A DNA stretch of 64,000 nt from Acidobacteria bacterium UBA2161 (GCA_002328835.1 DCWN01000042.1:1086-65085), one strand, 5' to 3'; positions 47,948 to 59,440 are shown, counted from the stretch's first letter. The notes: generated from the letters alone by a model not told the origin. Numbers and translations are program-made.

Positions 47948-49162
47948 GTGAAGTTGGCGGATCGGACATCGCGGGTGGCGTCGTCGCCGACGCTGAAGGT
48001 CGGGTTGGAGGCGGCGCGCCTGAGGCGCACCGGAGCGGACGTGGTGGATTTCGGGGCGGGCGAGCCTGACTTCGCGACGCCCGAACATGCGAAGGCGGCG
48101 GCCCGCGATGCGATCGACGCAAACTTCACCAAGTACACGCCCAACGCCGGGGTCGAGGAGCTGAAGGTGGGTCTCGCGGCGCGCTATCGCACGGACTACG
48201 GCGTCGAGTACGAGCCGCAGCAGGTCATCGTCTCCGCGGGCGGGAAGCAGGCGCTGTACAACACGGCGATGGCGTTGTTCGGCCCGGGTGACGAGGTCGT
48301 GACCCACGCGCCCGGCTGGCCGACCATCGTCGAGCAGATCAAGCTCGCGGATGCGACGCCGGTGACGGTCAGGACGCACGCCGAGGACGGATTTCGCGTC
48401 GACCCGGCGGCGGTCATTTCGGCCCTGACCCCTCGAACGCGGGGCATCATCCTCAACTCGCCGGGAAACCCCACAGGCGCCGTGATCGCCGAAGCCGATC
48501 TGGCGGTAATCGCCGACGAGGCAGCCTCGCGCGGGCTCTGGGTCATCCTCGATCTCTGCTACGAGCGGCTGATCTACGAGGATGTGCCGCACAACCTGCC
48601 TCGCGTGTTGCAGGAGCGGATGCCGGACCGCACCGTGCTCACGGGTTCGATGTCGAAGGCGTATGCGATGACCGGGTGGCGATGTGGCTGGGTCATGGGA
48701 CCCGCGCCGGTCATCTCGGCGTGCGGCGCGATTCAGAGCCACGCCACGTCGAACGTCTGCTCGATCACCCAGCGCGCGGCGATCGGCGCGCTCGCCGGCC
48801 CGCAGGGCTGCGTCGGGGAGATGCTCGACGAGTATCGCTCCCGCCGGGACCAGGTATCCGAGTGGCTGCGGGCGGATCCTCGCATTCGCCTGGTCAAGCC
48901 CGCCGGAGCCTTTTACCTGTTCCCCGACGTCTCGGACCTGCTGTCGGTCGACGGCATCGTGACCTCAGCGGAGTTGGCGCAGGAGTTGCTCACCAAGGCC
49001 CATGTCGCCGTCACACCCGGCGAGGCGTTCGACGCGCCCGGGTTTTTACGAATCTCGTACGCCACGTCGATGGAACGGCTGCGGGAGGGCACCAGCCGGA
49101 TTCTCGAATTCATCCGGACGAGCGACCGAATCCCCAAACTCGACGCGCAGTCCGCTTCTTGA
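47948..49162 (+). CDS. PLP-dependent aminotransferase class I/II (aspartate aminotransferase-like)
   Basis: NSPGNPTG and the PLP-lysine region SMSKAYAMTGWRCGW. Confidence 0.85.
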   Translation: MKLADRTSRVASSPTLKVGLEAARLRRTGADVVDFGAGEPDFATPEHAKAAARDAIDANFTKYTPNAGVEELKVGLAARYRTDYGVEYEPQQVIVSAGGKQALYNTAMALFGPGDEVVTHAPGWPTIVEQIKLADATPVTVRTHAEDGFRVDPAAVISALTPRTRGIILNSPGNPTGAVIAEADLAVIADEAASRGLWVILDLCYERLIYEDVPHNLPRVLQERMPDRTVLTGSMSKAYAMTGWRCGWVMGPAPVISACGAIQSHATSNVCSITQRAAIGALAGPQGCVGEMLDEYRSRRDQVSEWLRADPRIRLVKPAGAFYLFPDVSDLLSVDGIVTSAELAQELLTKAHVAVTPGEAFDAPGFLRISYATSMERLREGTSRILEFIRTSDRIPKLDAQSAS

Positions 49163-49209
49163 CGACGCCCGGCCGACGTTACCTAGGCCGGAGCGATCGT
49201 GCGAACCGC

Positions 49210-50625
49210 ATGCTGGAGCCAGAGTTCATCGAGGCCATTCGGGCAGCGGTCGGGCCCGACGGGTATACGCAAGCGGCGGACGCCCTCGAGGAGTACGGCG
49301 CCGATGCGTCGAAACAGAGCGGGCCGGCTGAACTTGTTGCGCGGCCCAGGACCACGGACGAGGTCGCCGCGATCGCGCGACTCTGTCATCAGCATCGTGT
49401 CTCCCTGACCGTGCGCGGCGGTGGCACGGGGTATACCGGCGGGGCAGTGCCCGCGCTGGGCGGTGTCGTGCTGACGATGGAGCGGTTCACGCGGATTCTC
49501 GAGATCGACGAGGTGAATCTGCTGGCAGTCGTCGAGCCGAACGCCGTGACGGGCGACCTGCAGCGCGCGGTCGAGGCCGTCGGGTTGTTCTATCCGCCCG
49601 ATCCGGCGAGCCTCGACCAGTGCGCGCTCGGAGGCAACATCGCTGAGTGCGCGGGCGGCCCTCGGGCGTTCAAGTACGGTACGACGAGGCGGTACGTCCT
49701 TGGGTTGGAGGCCGTGTTGCCAACGGGCGAGATCGTGCGCACCGGCGGCAAGACGGTGAAGAACGTCGTCGGCTACGACCTGACCCAGACGCTGGTCGGC
49801 TCCGAGGGCACGCTGGCGATCATTACGAAGGCCATTCTCCGCCTGATCCCGCTGCCCCCGCACCGCGAAACGATCCAGGCGACGTTCGCGGAGGTCGACG
49901 GCGCGGTGCAGGCGGTCATTGAGCTGGTCAAGGCGCGCGTCGTGCCGGCGGCGTTGGAGTTAATCGACGGCGCGTCGCTCGATGCGGTCGCTCGCTATCT
50001 GAACGACCGCACACTCGCCCCGGAGGGCACGGGAGCGCTGCTGCTCCTCGAGGTCGACGGGTTGCCGGAAACCGTCCGCGAAGAGGCGGTTCGAGTCGAG
50101 GCGTCGTGCCGGCAGGCCGGTGCCATGACGGTGCGACATGCCACCAATGCGGCGACGCGAGACCAGTTGTGGCGCGTTCGGCGCGAGCTGTCGCCCTCGC
50201 TCAAGACGATCGCTGGCCTGAAGCTGAACCATGACGTCGTGGTGCCGAAAGCGCGCGTCCCTGACCTCTTCGCGTGTGTGGCGCGATTGCGCGAGGACCT
50301 GGCGTTGACGATCGCCTGCTTCGGACATGTGGGCGACGGCAACATTCACGTGAACATCATGGTCAACCCTGACGACGGCGGCGCGGTCGAGCGTGCGCGC
50401 GACGGGGAACGTCGCCTGTTCGAAGAGGTCGTGCGCCTCGAGGGTGCGATCAGCGGCGAGCACGGAATAGGCTTGTCGAAACGTTCGTTCATGACGCTCG
50501 CGCTGTCGGCGGAGGAGCTGGCGCTGATGCGTCGACTGAAGACTGCGTTCGATCCGCACGGGATCTTGAATCCTGGGAAGATCTTTCCGGATGCTGACGC
50601 GGATCCGGTCACCGCGTCAGACTGA
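49210..50625 (+). CDS. FAD-linked oxidase (GlcD/D-lactate dehydrogenase-like)
   Basis: Start reset to MLEPEFIEAIRAAVG. FAD-binding PCMH domain RGGGTGYTGGAVP. C-terminal GEHGIGLSKR, DPHGILNPGKIF. Confidence 0.85.
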   Translation: MLEPEFIEAIRAAVGPDGYTQAADALEEYGADASKQSGPAELVARPRTTDEVAAIARLCHQHRVSLTVRGGGTGYTGGAVPALGGVVLTMERFTRILEIDEVNLLAVVEPNAVTGDLQRAVEAVGLFYPPDPASLDQCALGGNIAECAGGPRAFKYGTTRRYVLGLEAVLPTGEIVRTGGKTVKNVVGYDLTQTLVGSEGTLAIITKAILRLIPLPPHRETIQATFAEVDGAVQAVIELVKARVVPAALELIDGASLDAVARYLNDRTLAPEGTGALLLLEVDGLPETVREEAVRVEASCRQAGAMTVRHATNAATRDQLWRVRRELSPSLKTIAGLKLNHDVVVPKARVPDLFACVARLREDLALTIACFGHVGDGNIHVNIMVNPDDGGAVERARDGERRLFEEVVRLEGAISGEHGIGLSKRSFMTLALSAEELALMRRLKTAFDPHGILNPGKIFPDADADPVTASD

Positions 50626-51741
50626 CGTCAGCGGAATCCAACCGTCGGAGGCTGGCCGGTAGGGCGCCGAGGCCGCCTGCCCAGAGAACCGTTCGGCCCA
50701 CCGCCCGGGAATCGCGCGGTCGCAATTCGGGCAGCGGCCGGTGGCGGTCAGGCGGTATTCACGAATCGAGAAGCCGGTGCGCGCGATCAGCGTTGCGGCG
50801 CACCCGGGGCAGCGCGTGTCTTCGAGCGGCCCGACCTCTCCGGGGCGATTTCCGGCATAGACGAAGTTGAGTCCGTTCCGTGCGCCGATCGCGGCGGCGC
50901 GCTCGAGCGCGGCCGGGCGCGTGTCGCCGGGTGCCGTCATCTTGTAGTCCCTGTGGAACGCCGTCACATGCCACGGGATATCGGGTGAGACGTCGGCGAG
51001 GAAGCTGGTCAGCGCGTCAATCTCTTCATCCGTGTCGTTGAAGCCCGGAATCAGCAGCGTCACGACTTCGAGCCAGACGCCCATCGCGACCAGGGTCCGA
51101 ATCGATTCGAGCACCGGAGCGAGGCGGCCGCCGAGACGCCGGTACTGGCGATCGTCGAAGCTCTTGAGGTCGATCTTGTAGAGGTCGAGGCGCGGGCGCA
51201 GACGCTCGATCACCTCGGGCGTGGCGTTGCCGTTCGACACGAACGCCGTGCGAAGCCCCTCCGCGCGCGCCGCGTCGAAGACCGCCGCTCCCCATTCGGC
51301 CGTAATCAACGGTTCGTTGTAGGTGCTGACGACGACCTGTGCCCCGAGGGTGACGGCGTCCCGCGCGATCTGCTCCGGCGTGGCGGCTGCCGGTGTCATC
51401 ACGGCCGCCGGGTCACGCAGCGCTTGAGAGGTCACCCAGTTCTGGCAGTAGTCGCAGTGCAGATCGCAGCCAAGCATCCCGAAGCTGTACGCGAGCGCAC
51501 CGGGATAGGCGTGGAAGAACGGCTTCTTCTCGATCGGGTCGCACTGGACGCCGGCGACATAGTCCCAGGGCACGAATAGCCGGCCGCCGCGATTGAACCG
51601 CACCTTGCAGACGCCGACGGCACCGTCCGGCAGCGGGCAGCGGTGCCCGCAGGCGAGGCAGACGATTCGTCCGTCGGGGAGACGCGAGCACAGGTCACTC
51701 TCGCGGGCATGGCCCGCCAGCAGGTCGGCAAGCGCGGGCAC
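50617..51741 (-). CDS. amrS: AmmeMemoRadiSam system radical SAM enzyme
   Basis: N-terminal Cys-rich CLACGHRC...GVCKVRFN, radical SAM CDLHCDYCQNW, C-terminal Cys pair CPGC...CPNC. Overall matches my recollection of TIGR04337-type proteins. Confidence 0.75.
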   Translation of the reverse strand: MPALADLLAGHARESDLCSRLPDGRIVCLACGHRCPLPDGAVGVCKVRFNRGGRLFVPWDYVAGVQCDPIEKKPFFHAYPGALAYSFGMLGCDLHCDYCQNWVTSQALRDPAAVMTPAAATPEQIARDAVTLGAQVVVSTYNEPLITAEWGAAVFDAARAEGLRTAFVSNGNATPEVIERLRPRLDLYKIDLKSFDDRQYRRLGGRLAPVLESIRTLVAMGVWLEVVTLLIPGFNDTDEEIDALTSFLADVSPDIPWHVTAFHRDYKMTAPGDTRPAALERAAAIGARNGLNFVYAGNRPGEVGPLEDTRCPGCAATLIARTGFSIREYRLTATGRCPNCDRAIPGRWAERFSGQAASAPYRPASDGWIPLTSV

Positions 51742-51765
51742 TCGTTCATTGTACCGGAGGCGAGG

Positions 51766-53478
51766 TCAGCGGTTCGTGACGATCAGAACGCGTTGCCGGA
51801 CACTCTCCAGATCGGGGTGCAGCAGGTCGCCGATCCGCAGTGCGGCGGTGTCGACGTAGTCGATTCGATCGAGGCGGCGCAAGGGTCCGGCGATACGTGA
51901 CTCGAGCGGCGCGAGGTCACGGCGCCGAATGACGGCGATGGCGGGAGCCGGACTCTCGAGAAAGTCGACGACCTGGTCGGGCGTGACGAGTTCGCGGCGA
52001 GGCAGGCCGGAGTAGAAGATCTGGTTCCTTCCGAAGGCGCGGTGCGTCCCGAGGGTGTGGCCCTCACGCCACGCCTCGCTCAAGGTGGCGGCGGCGCGCT
52101 CGACCGGCGAGGGGCGCGGCGGAGAGAGGACCTGAAAATGTAGTGACAAGAGCGTGACGGCGCCGCCGAGGACGACCGCGAGCGGCGCCGTGTTGAGGCG
52201 GCCCGTCGCAACGGCGGCGCCCAGCACAACCGCCGCTCCGAGAAACGCGGTCGCGGGTATGAGCGGCTGCGGCATCCCGGCCGCCGCGAGGACAGGGGCG
52301 CCACGGAACATCAGCCAGGCCAGGGCCAGCCAGCACATGACGACGCCAGCCGCTGACATCCGGAGACGCCTGGCATGGCGCGGTTCGGCCCGTGCGTCAA
52401 GGTGCTCGCGGATGCTGCGGGCGAGAAGGATGGCCACGGGAGGCAGGAGCGGCAGGATGTATCGCGGCTGCTTGCCGACCGACGCGCTGTAGAAGAGCAG
52501 TGGGGCCAGAGTCCAGACGATCAAGCGCAGGTCGACCAGTTGCGGGACGACGCGAGTGCGGATCGCGCGAGCGATTCCCGGAGCCCAGAGTACCGCGAAC
52601 GGCGTCCAGGGCAGTAGGCCCCCGGCCAGGATCGGCACGTAGAACCAGAAAGGCCGGGGATCGTTGAATTCCGGGGTGGCGAATCGGGTGAGGTTCTCAC
52701 CAACGAAGAAACGGACGAGGTAGGCCGCGCCGTGGACCTGCGCCATCGCGGCGAACCAGGGCACCGCGACGGCGAGAAACACGCCGAGGGCCGCGGCGAC
52801 CGTCGCCATCGTCAGGCCGGCAGGCGCGCGCAGGTGCCAGGCCGTCCCGGCCGGGCCACGATGCTCCCAGCACGCCAGCGGTAAAACCACCAACGCGGGC
52901 AGGACGATCCCAATCGGGCCCTTGGTCAAACAGGCGAGCGCGGCGGCGAACGCCGCGACAACGAGCCAGGCTCGACGGTGCCCCGGAGCGTCGATCGGCC
53001 ACGTCCCGGCGTCGCGTCGGTCGGACGACAGAGCGCGAACCAGAGCCCACGTGGCGAACGTGATGAGCGCGGTGACGGGGAGATCTGGCAGGGCCTGCCA
53101 GGCCATCGCCGCACACCCGAAGGTCGTCGCGACGATCGCTCCAGCCAGGGTGCCCGTCGCGCGATCGTACCAGCGACTAGCGACGGCGTAGGTCAGCAAC
53201 ACCAGGGCCAGGCCGGCGAGCGCCGAGGGCAGTCGGGCGGCGGCCTCGGTGACGCCACCGACGCCATAGGCCGCGGCGATGAGCCAGTACATCAGTACCG
53301 GTTTCTCGAAGCGGACCTCGGCGTTGTACTGCGGCGTTAGCCAGTCCCCGGACACGATCATCTGCCGGGCCGATTCGGCGTAGAACGCCTCGTCCGAGTC
53401 GGTCACGGCGCTCCGGCCCAGGCCGAGAAGCAGCGTCACGACACAGAGGACGAGCAGCCAGCGAACCGGGGGCGGCAC
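51766..53478 (-). CDS. glycosyltransferase family 39 (ArnT/PMT-like) membrane protein
   Basis: 570 aa polytopic. N-terminal DEAFYAESARQMIVSGDWLTPQYNAEVRFEKPVLMYW is typical of ArnT-like enzymes. Confidence 0.8.
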   Translation of the reverse strand: MPPPVRWLLVLCVVTLLLGLGRSAVTDSDEAFYAESARQMIVSGDWLTPQYNAEVRFEKPVLMYWLIAAAYGVGGVTEAAARLPSALAGLALVLLTYAVASRWYDRATGTLAGAIVATTFGCAAMAWQALPDLPVTALITFATWALVRALSSDRRDAGTWPIDAPGHRRAWLVVAAFAAALACLTKGPIGIVLPALVVLPLACWEHRGPAGTAWHLRAPAGLTMATVAAALGVFLAVAVPWFAAMAQVHGAAYLVRFFVGENLTRFATPEFNDPRPFWFYVPILAGGLLPWTPFAVLWAPGIARAIRTRVVPQLVDLRLIVWTLAPLLFYSASVGKQPRYILPLLPPVAILLARSIREHLDARAEPRHARRLRMSAAGVVMCWLALAWLMFRGAPVLAAAGMPQPLIPATAFLGAAVVLGAAVATGRLNTAPLAVVLGGAVTLLSLHFQVLSPPRPSPVERAAATLSEAWREGHTLGTHRAFGRNQIFYSGLPRRELVTPDQVVDFLESPAPAIAVIRRRDLAPLESRIAGPLRRLDRIDYVDTAALRIGDLLHPDLESVRQRVLIVTNR

Positions 53479-53540
53479 GCGCGGATTGTATCCCGGCCGG
53501 GTGTGCGAGACGGCGCGCGGCGACTATCCGGAACACCAAG

Positions 53541-53569
53541 TTGACAGGTCGCAACGGCTTCCGTATACT
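53541..53569 (+). promoter_or_regulatory. near-consensus sigma70 promoter for rho (TTGACA-N17-TATACT)
   Basis: TTGACA at 53541-53546, 17-nt spacer, TATACT at 53564-53569. About 110 nt upstream of the rho ATG. Confidence 0.6.
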
Positions 53570-53679
53570 CGGATTGCGTTCGGCTCCAATCCGAACCTCG
53601 ACTGAACGGACTGCGGGGCTCCCGGTCCCGCGCCCACAACCCACATCCCCCATACCTTCGACTTACGGTTTGCGGTTCA

Positions 53680-55047
<1,368 letters not shown>

Positions 55048-55063
55048 TCCTGCGACTGGCGCG

Positions 55064-55303
55064 ATGACGACGATCAAGGTGCGCAAGAACGGCCCGTATC
55101 GCGTCATCGCTGACGGTGACGGCGACGACGTCACCATCATCGATTGGAACGGCCGCGAGTACCCCGCCCCCGACCGCCCGATCGCGCTCTGTCGGTGCGG
55201 CGTGTCCGCCACGAAGCCCTTCTGCGACAAGAGCCACGCGCGCGCCGGCTTCACCCCTGACGAAGACACGGACGACGCCGGCGGCGGCCCGGCGGCGGGG
55301 TAG
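55064..55303 (+). CDS. CDGSH iron-sulfur domain protein
   Basis: CRCGVSATKPFCDKSH fits the C-x-C-x2-S-x5-C-D-x-S-H pattern. Confidence 0.8.
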   Translation: MTTIKVRKNGPYRVIADGDGDDVTIIDWNGREYPAPDRPIALCRCGVSATKPFCDKSHARAGFTPDEDTDDAGGGPAAG

Positions 55304-55306
55304 CCC

Positions 55307-57922
55307 CTAGGATGTCGCGGACACGCTGGGGGGCTTGTCGAACCTCAGCTCGCCATCGGCCGCGTCCACGACGACGGCCTCGCCCTCGGCGAACTCTCCC
55401 TCCAGGATCTTCAGAGCCAACGGATCCAGGATCCGGCGTTGCAGCACCCGCTTGAGCGGGCGGGCGCCGTAGGTCGGGTCGTAGCCCTCGGCGATCAGCA
55501 GATCTTTCGAACTCTGGGTCAGCGTCAGCTCCAGCTTGCGCCGCGCCAGCCGCGCCGCGAGCTGCTCGAGCTGGATGTCGATCACCGCCCGCAGGTGGTC
55601 TCGGCCGAGCACGTGGAAGAAGATCACCTCGTCGATCCGATTCAGCAGTTCGGGCCTGAAATGCTCCCGCAGCGCGACGGTCACGCGTTCCCGCGTGGCC
55701 TCGTCCAGGTCGCCCTCCGCACTCGCCGGATGCGCCGCGATGTACTGACTGCCCAGGTTTGAAGTCATGATGACGACGGCGTTCCTGAAGTCGACGTGGC
55801 GGCCCTTGCTGTCGGTCAGCCGTCCGTCGTCGAGCAGCTGGAGCAGGATGTTGAGCACCTCGGGATGCGCCTTCTCGATTTCATCGAGCAGAATGACCGA
55901 GTAGGGCCGGCGTCGCGCGGCTTCGGTCAACTGTCCGGCCTCGTCGTACCCCACGTAGCCGGGCGGGGCGCCGATGAGGCGAGAGACCGAGTGCTTCTCC
56001 TGGAATTCGGACATGTCCACGCGAATCATCGCCTGCTCGTCGTCGAACAGAAACTCGGCGAGCGCGCGCGCCAGCTCGGTCTTGCCGACGCCTGTCGGGC
56101 CAAGGAGCATGAAGCTGCCGAGCGGACGGTTCGGATCTTGTAGCCCGGCTCGGGCGCGACGAACGGCGTTGGCGACCGCGGTGATCGCGTCGTCCTGACC
56201 GACCACGCGGCGCCGCAGACGATCCTCCATGGCGATCAGCTTCTGCACTTCGCCCTCGACGAGCCGCGAGACCGGAATTCGCGTCCACCGACTGACGACG
56301 GCGGCGATGTCGTCCTCGTCGACCTCCTCGCGTAGCATGCGCGTTCCGGCCTGCAACTCGGCGAGTCGCTCGGCGGCGGCCTGCACGTCGGCCTCCAGCG
56401 CCGGCACCTTTCCGTACTGCAGCTCGGAGGCCTTTGCGTAGTCACCCGCCCGCTGGGCGTGCTCGATCTCGTGCCTGGCTTGCTCCAGGCGTTCCTTCAA
56501 GCGGCGCCCGGACTGGATCTCGGTCTTCTCCTGCTGCCACTGGCCCTGGAGCGTCGCGCTCTCGGCGGTCAGCGTGGTGAGCTCGTCTTCGAGCCGGGCA
56601 AGCCGCTCGCGTGATGCCGGGTCGTGCTCCTTGCGCAGCGCCTCGCGCTCGATCTCGAGCTGCATGATCCGGCGCCGAGCCTCGTCGAGTTCGGCGGGCA
56701 TCGAGTCGATCTCGGTTCTGAGCTTCGCCGCAGCTTCATCGACGAGATCGATCGCCTTGTCCGGGAGAAACCGGTCGGCAATGTAGCGATGAGAGAGCAC
56801 CGCCGCGGCCACCAGGCCGGCGTCCTTGAGCTTCACGCCATGGTGAATCTCGTAGCGCTCCCGTAGCCCTCGGAGAATGCTGATCGTGTCCTCGACGGTC
56901 GGCTCGCCGACCTGGACCGGCTGGAACCGACGTTCGAGGGCGGCATCCTTCTCGATGTGCTTCCGGTACTCGTCGAGCGTCGTCGCGCCGATCGTGTGCA
57001 GCTCGCCCCGCGCGAGCATCGGCTTCAGCATGTTGGAGGCGTCGACGGCGCCTTCCGCCGGCCCGGCGCAGACGACGGTGTGCAACTCGTCGATGAAGAG
57101 CACGACCTGGCCGTCCGACTCGGTGATCTCCTTCAGGACCGCCTTCAAGCGCTCTTCGAACTCGCCACGGAACTTGGCGCCCGCGATGAGGGCGCCCATG
57201 TCGAGCCCGACGATGCGCTTCTCCTTGAGCCCCTCCGGCACGTCGCCCCTGACGATGCGCTGCGCGAGTCCCTCGACGATGGCGGTCTTGCCGACGCCGG
57301 GCGCGCCGATGAGCACCGGGTTGTTCTTCGTCCGCCGCGACAGCACCTGGATGACCCGGCGGATCTCCTCGTCGCGGCCGATGACCGGATCGAGCTTGTC
57401 CCGCCGGGCGTCGTCGGTGAGATCCCGCCCGTAGCGCTCGAGCGCTTGATACTTATCTTCCGGATTCTGATCGACGACGCGCTGCGTCCCCCGCACCGCG
57501 ACCAGGGCCTCGAGGATCCGGTCGGGCGTGATGCCGTGGGCGCCCAGCACCGCGCCGTCCTCGGCCCCGACGCCGAGCAGTAGATGCTCCGTGCTGATGT
57601 AGTCGTCCTTGAGCCGATCAGCTTCATCCTCGGCATGCTGCATCACCGGCCGCATCCGAGGCGAGAGGGCAGGCGGGTCACCGCCCTCGGCCGTCGGAAG
57701 CTGTTCCAGGCGCGCCTCGACGGCGGCCGCCAGGCTCGCGGCGTCGACGCGCATCTTGCCCAGCAGCGCAGGGACCACGCCGTCGGCCTGAGCCAGCAGG
57801 GCGGCCAGGAGATGCTCGGGTTCGAGCTGCGGATGGTGGGCGCGGCTGGCTCGACGCTCTGCGTCGAGAAAGGCCTCCTGTGCCTTCTGAGTGTAGCGGT
57901 TGATGTTCATCATGTCGTGCAC
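55307..57922 (-). CDS. clpB: ATP-dependent chaperone ClpB
   Basis: 871 aa. Two AAA+ modules ([16 protein letters not shown]), long coiled-coil middle domain, Clp N-domain. Confidence 0.97.
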   Translation of the reverse strand: MHDMMNINRYTQKAQEAFLDAERRASRAHHPQLEPEHLLAALLAQADGVVPALLGKMRVDAASLAAAVEARLEQLPTAEGGDPPALSPRMRPVMQHAEDEADRLKDDYISTEHLLLGVGAEDGAVLGAHGITPDRILEALVAVRGTQRVVDQNPEDKYQALERYGRDLTDDARRDKLDPVIGRDEEIRRVIQVLSRRTKNNPVLIGAPGVGKTAIVEGLAQRIVRGDVPEGLKEKRIVGLDMGALIAGAKFRGEFEERLKAVLKEITESDGQVVLFIDELHTVVCAGPAEGAVDASNMLKPMLARGELHTIGATTLDEYRKHIEKDAALERRFQPVQVGEPTVEDTISILRGLRERYEIHHGVKLKDAGLVAAAVLSHRYIADRFLPDKAIDLVDEAAAKLRTEIDSMPAELDEARRRIMQLEIEREALRKEHDPASRERLARLEDELTTLTAESATLQGQWQQEKTEIQSGRRLKERLEQARHEIEHAQRAGDYAKASELQYGKVPALEADVQAAAERLAELQAGTRMLREEVDEDDIAAVVSRWTRIPVSRLVEGEVQKLIAMEDRLRRRVVGQDDAITAVANAVRRARAGLQDPNRPLGSFMLLGPTGVGKTELARALAEFLFDDEQAMIRVDMSEFQEKHSVSRLIGAPPGYVGYDEAGQLTEAARRRPYSVILLDEIEKAHPEVLNILLQLLDDGRLTDSKGRHVDFRNAVVIMTSNLGSQYIAAHPASAEGDLDEATRERVTVALREHFRPELLNRIDEVIFFHVLGRDHLRAVIDIQLEQLAARLARRKLELTLTQSSKDLLIAEGYDPTYGARPLKRVLQRRILDPLALKILEGEFAEGEAVVVDAADGELRFDKPPSVSATS

Positions 57923-57949
57923 CCGATAAAGAGTGTCCGGCCGGCGCTG

Positions 57950-58942
57950 TCACGCATTCGACCGAGCACGGCGTTTCTTGCGCCCGGACTTGCCGGGCCG
58001 TTCGATCTCGGCCAACGCTTCGTAGTGCTCCCGTTGTTCGTCGCTGAGCCGGCGCGGCACCTCGATGGTCACCGTCGCGTAGAGCGCGCCGCGTTCGCCA
58101 TGCGATCGCACCCCGGGCATGCCCTGGCCCTTCAGACGAAAGACCTGGCCAGGTTGCGTGGCCGGCGGGATCTTGAGCGTGAGGCTCGGCCCCTCGAGCG
58201 TCGGCACCTCGACCGTGCCGCCCAGCACGGCCGTGGTCAACGCCACGTCCACCGGCGTATGCAGGTCGCGCCCCTCTCGCCGGAATTTCGGGTGCTCGGC
58301 GATCCGAACGCGGAGGAAGACGTCGCCCGCGGCCGCTCCGCCGACGCCGGCCTCGCCCTCGCCGGCGATCCGAACCCGCGACCCGTCACTCACGCCGGGC
58401 GGAATCTTCACGTCCACGGTTCGGGCCTGCCCGCGCGTCGCGATCGAGAACCGGCGTTGGACCCCGTGCAGCGCCTCCTCGAGCGTGAGGTCGATCGATT
58501 GCTCGACGTCACGGCCCTTGTTCCTGGGGGCGCGGCGACGCTGTGGCTCGTGGGCGCCGCCGAAGAACGTGTGAAAGAAATCTGAGAACGGATCGCCGGC
58601 CCCGCCGGCCCGCGCCTCGGCGCCGCCCATGTTGACCGTCCAGCGCCCATCCCCGAACGGCCAGCCGCTGCCGAACGGGTTCGCGCCGCCGCCCGGTCCA
58701 CCGGGGGCCTGCTCGTACTGTCGCCAGTTCGCGCCCAGTTCGTCGTACTTCCGCCGCGTCTCCGCGTTGCCGAGAACCTCATAGGCTTCGGTGATGTCCT
58801 TGAACTTGGACTCGGAGGTCGCGTCGCCCGGGTTGACGTCGGGATGGTGCTTGCGCGCGAGCTTCCGGTACGCCTGCTTGATCTCCTTCGCGCTGGCGGA
58901 CTTGGCGATCCCGAGCGTCTGGTAGTAGTCCTTGAAATCCAT
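57950..58942 (-). CDS. cbpA: DnaJ-class co-chaperone without zinc-finger domain (CbpA-like)
   Basis: J-domain DYYQTLGIAKSASAKEIKQAYRKLARKHHPDVNP, Gly-rich linker, no CxxCxGxG repeats, DnaJ C-terminal domains. Confidence 0.85.
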   Translation of the reverse strand: MDFKDYYQTLGIAKSASAKEIKQAYRKLARKHHPDVNPGDATSESKFKDITEAYEVLGNAETRRKYDELGANWRQYEQAPGGPGGGANPFGSGWPFGDGRWTVNMGGAEARAGGAGDPFSDFFHTFFGGAHEPQRRRAPRNKGRDVEQSIDLTLEEALHGVQRRFSIATRGQARTVDVKIPPGVSDGSRVRIAGEGEAGVGGAAAGDVFLRVRIAEHPKFRREGRDLHTPVDVALTTAVLGGTVEVPTLEGPSLTLKIPPATQPGQVFRLKGQGMPGVRSHGERGALYATVTIEVPRRLSDEQREHYEALAEIERPGKSGRKKRRARSNA

Positions 58943-58954
58943 ACGGTCGACGCC

Positions 58955-59296
58955 TTAGAGCCCGAGCAGTCCGCACAAGTGTTCGACTTCATGGGTCAGC
59001 CGACGCCGGCGATCCGGCCGCGCCAGCCCGCCCGCGTCGGTCAGTTCCCGCATCCGCTGGGCGACATCGGCGATCGAGAGCAATTGCTGCACGCCCGCCA
59101 GGTTGATCCCGCACTCGTCGACCAGATACTTGATGACGCGCAGCCGCGCCAGTTCGTCCTCCGAGTAGACGCGCATACTGCCGAGCGTGCGGGGAGGCCG
59201 GACGAGACCGAGACGCTCGTATTTCCGCAAGGTCTGCGGATGCATTCCGAGGCGACGCGCCGCCACGCTGATGAAGATCACCTCGTCCACGGTCAC
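58955..59296 (-). CDS. hspR: MerR-family heat-shock repressor HspR
   Basis: ISVAARRLGMHPQTLRKYERLGLVRPPRT...MRVYSEDELARLRVIKYLVDECGINLAGV. First gene of an hspR-cbpA-clpB string. The start may be GTG 59290 (GAGG 5 nt upstream). Confidence 0.8.
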   Translation of the reverse strand: MTVDEVIFISVAARRLGMHPQTLRKYERLGLVRPPRTLGSMRVYSEDELARLRVIKYLVDECGINLAGVQQLLSIADVAQRMRELTDAGGLARPDRRRRLTHEVEHLCGLLGL

Positions 59297-59336
59297 CTCA
59301 GGGCAAGGGAAACATGAAGTTAAGTCGCTCCAAGTA

Positions 59337-59365
59337 TAGGCATTGATACGGCGCGTGTCAACTCT
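59337..59365 (-). promoter_or_regulatory. near-consensus sigma70 promoter for hspR-cbpA-clpB (TTGACA-N17-TATACT)
   Basis: On the minus strand, -35 is the reverse complement of 59360-59365 and -10 the reverse complement of 59337-59342, with a 17-nt spacer. About 35-40 nt upstream of the hspR start. Confidence 0.6.
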
Positions 59366-59440
59366 GCCGGCCAGCCTCAGGCTCGCGCCGGGCGGGCTGG
59401 TATAGACTCGTCCGGCGTTCAGCGCTGCGCGGAGGTAGAA

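Noticed and set aside
59310-59342. HAIR-like HspR operator overlapping the hspR promoter -10 region.
   Set aside because: The best alignments to CTTGAGT-N7-ACTCAAG give only 4-5 of 7 matches per half-site, and the sequence is not palindromic (ACTT direct repeats instead). Not annotated as an operator.
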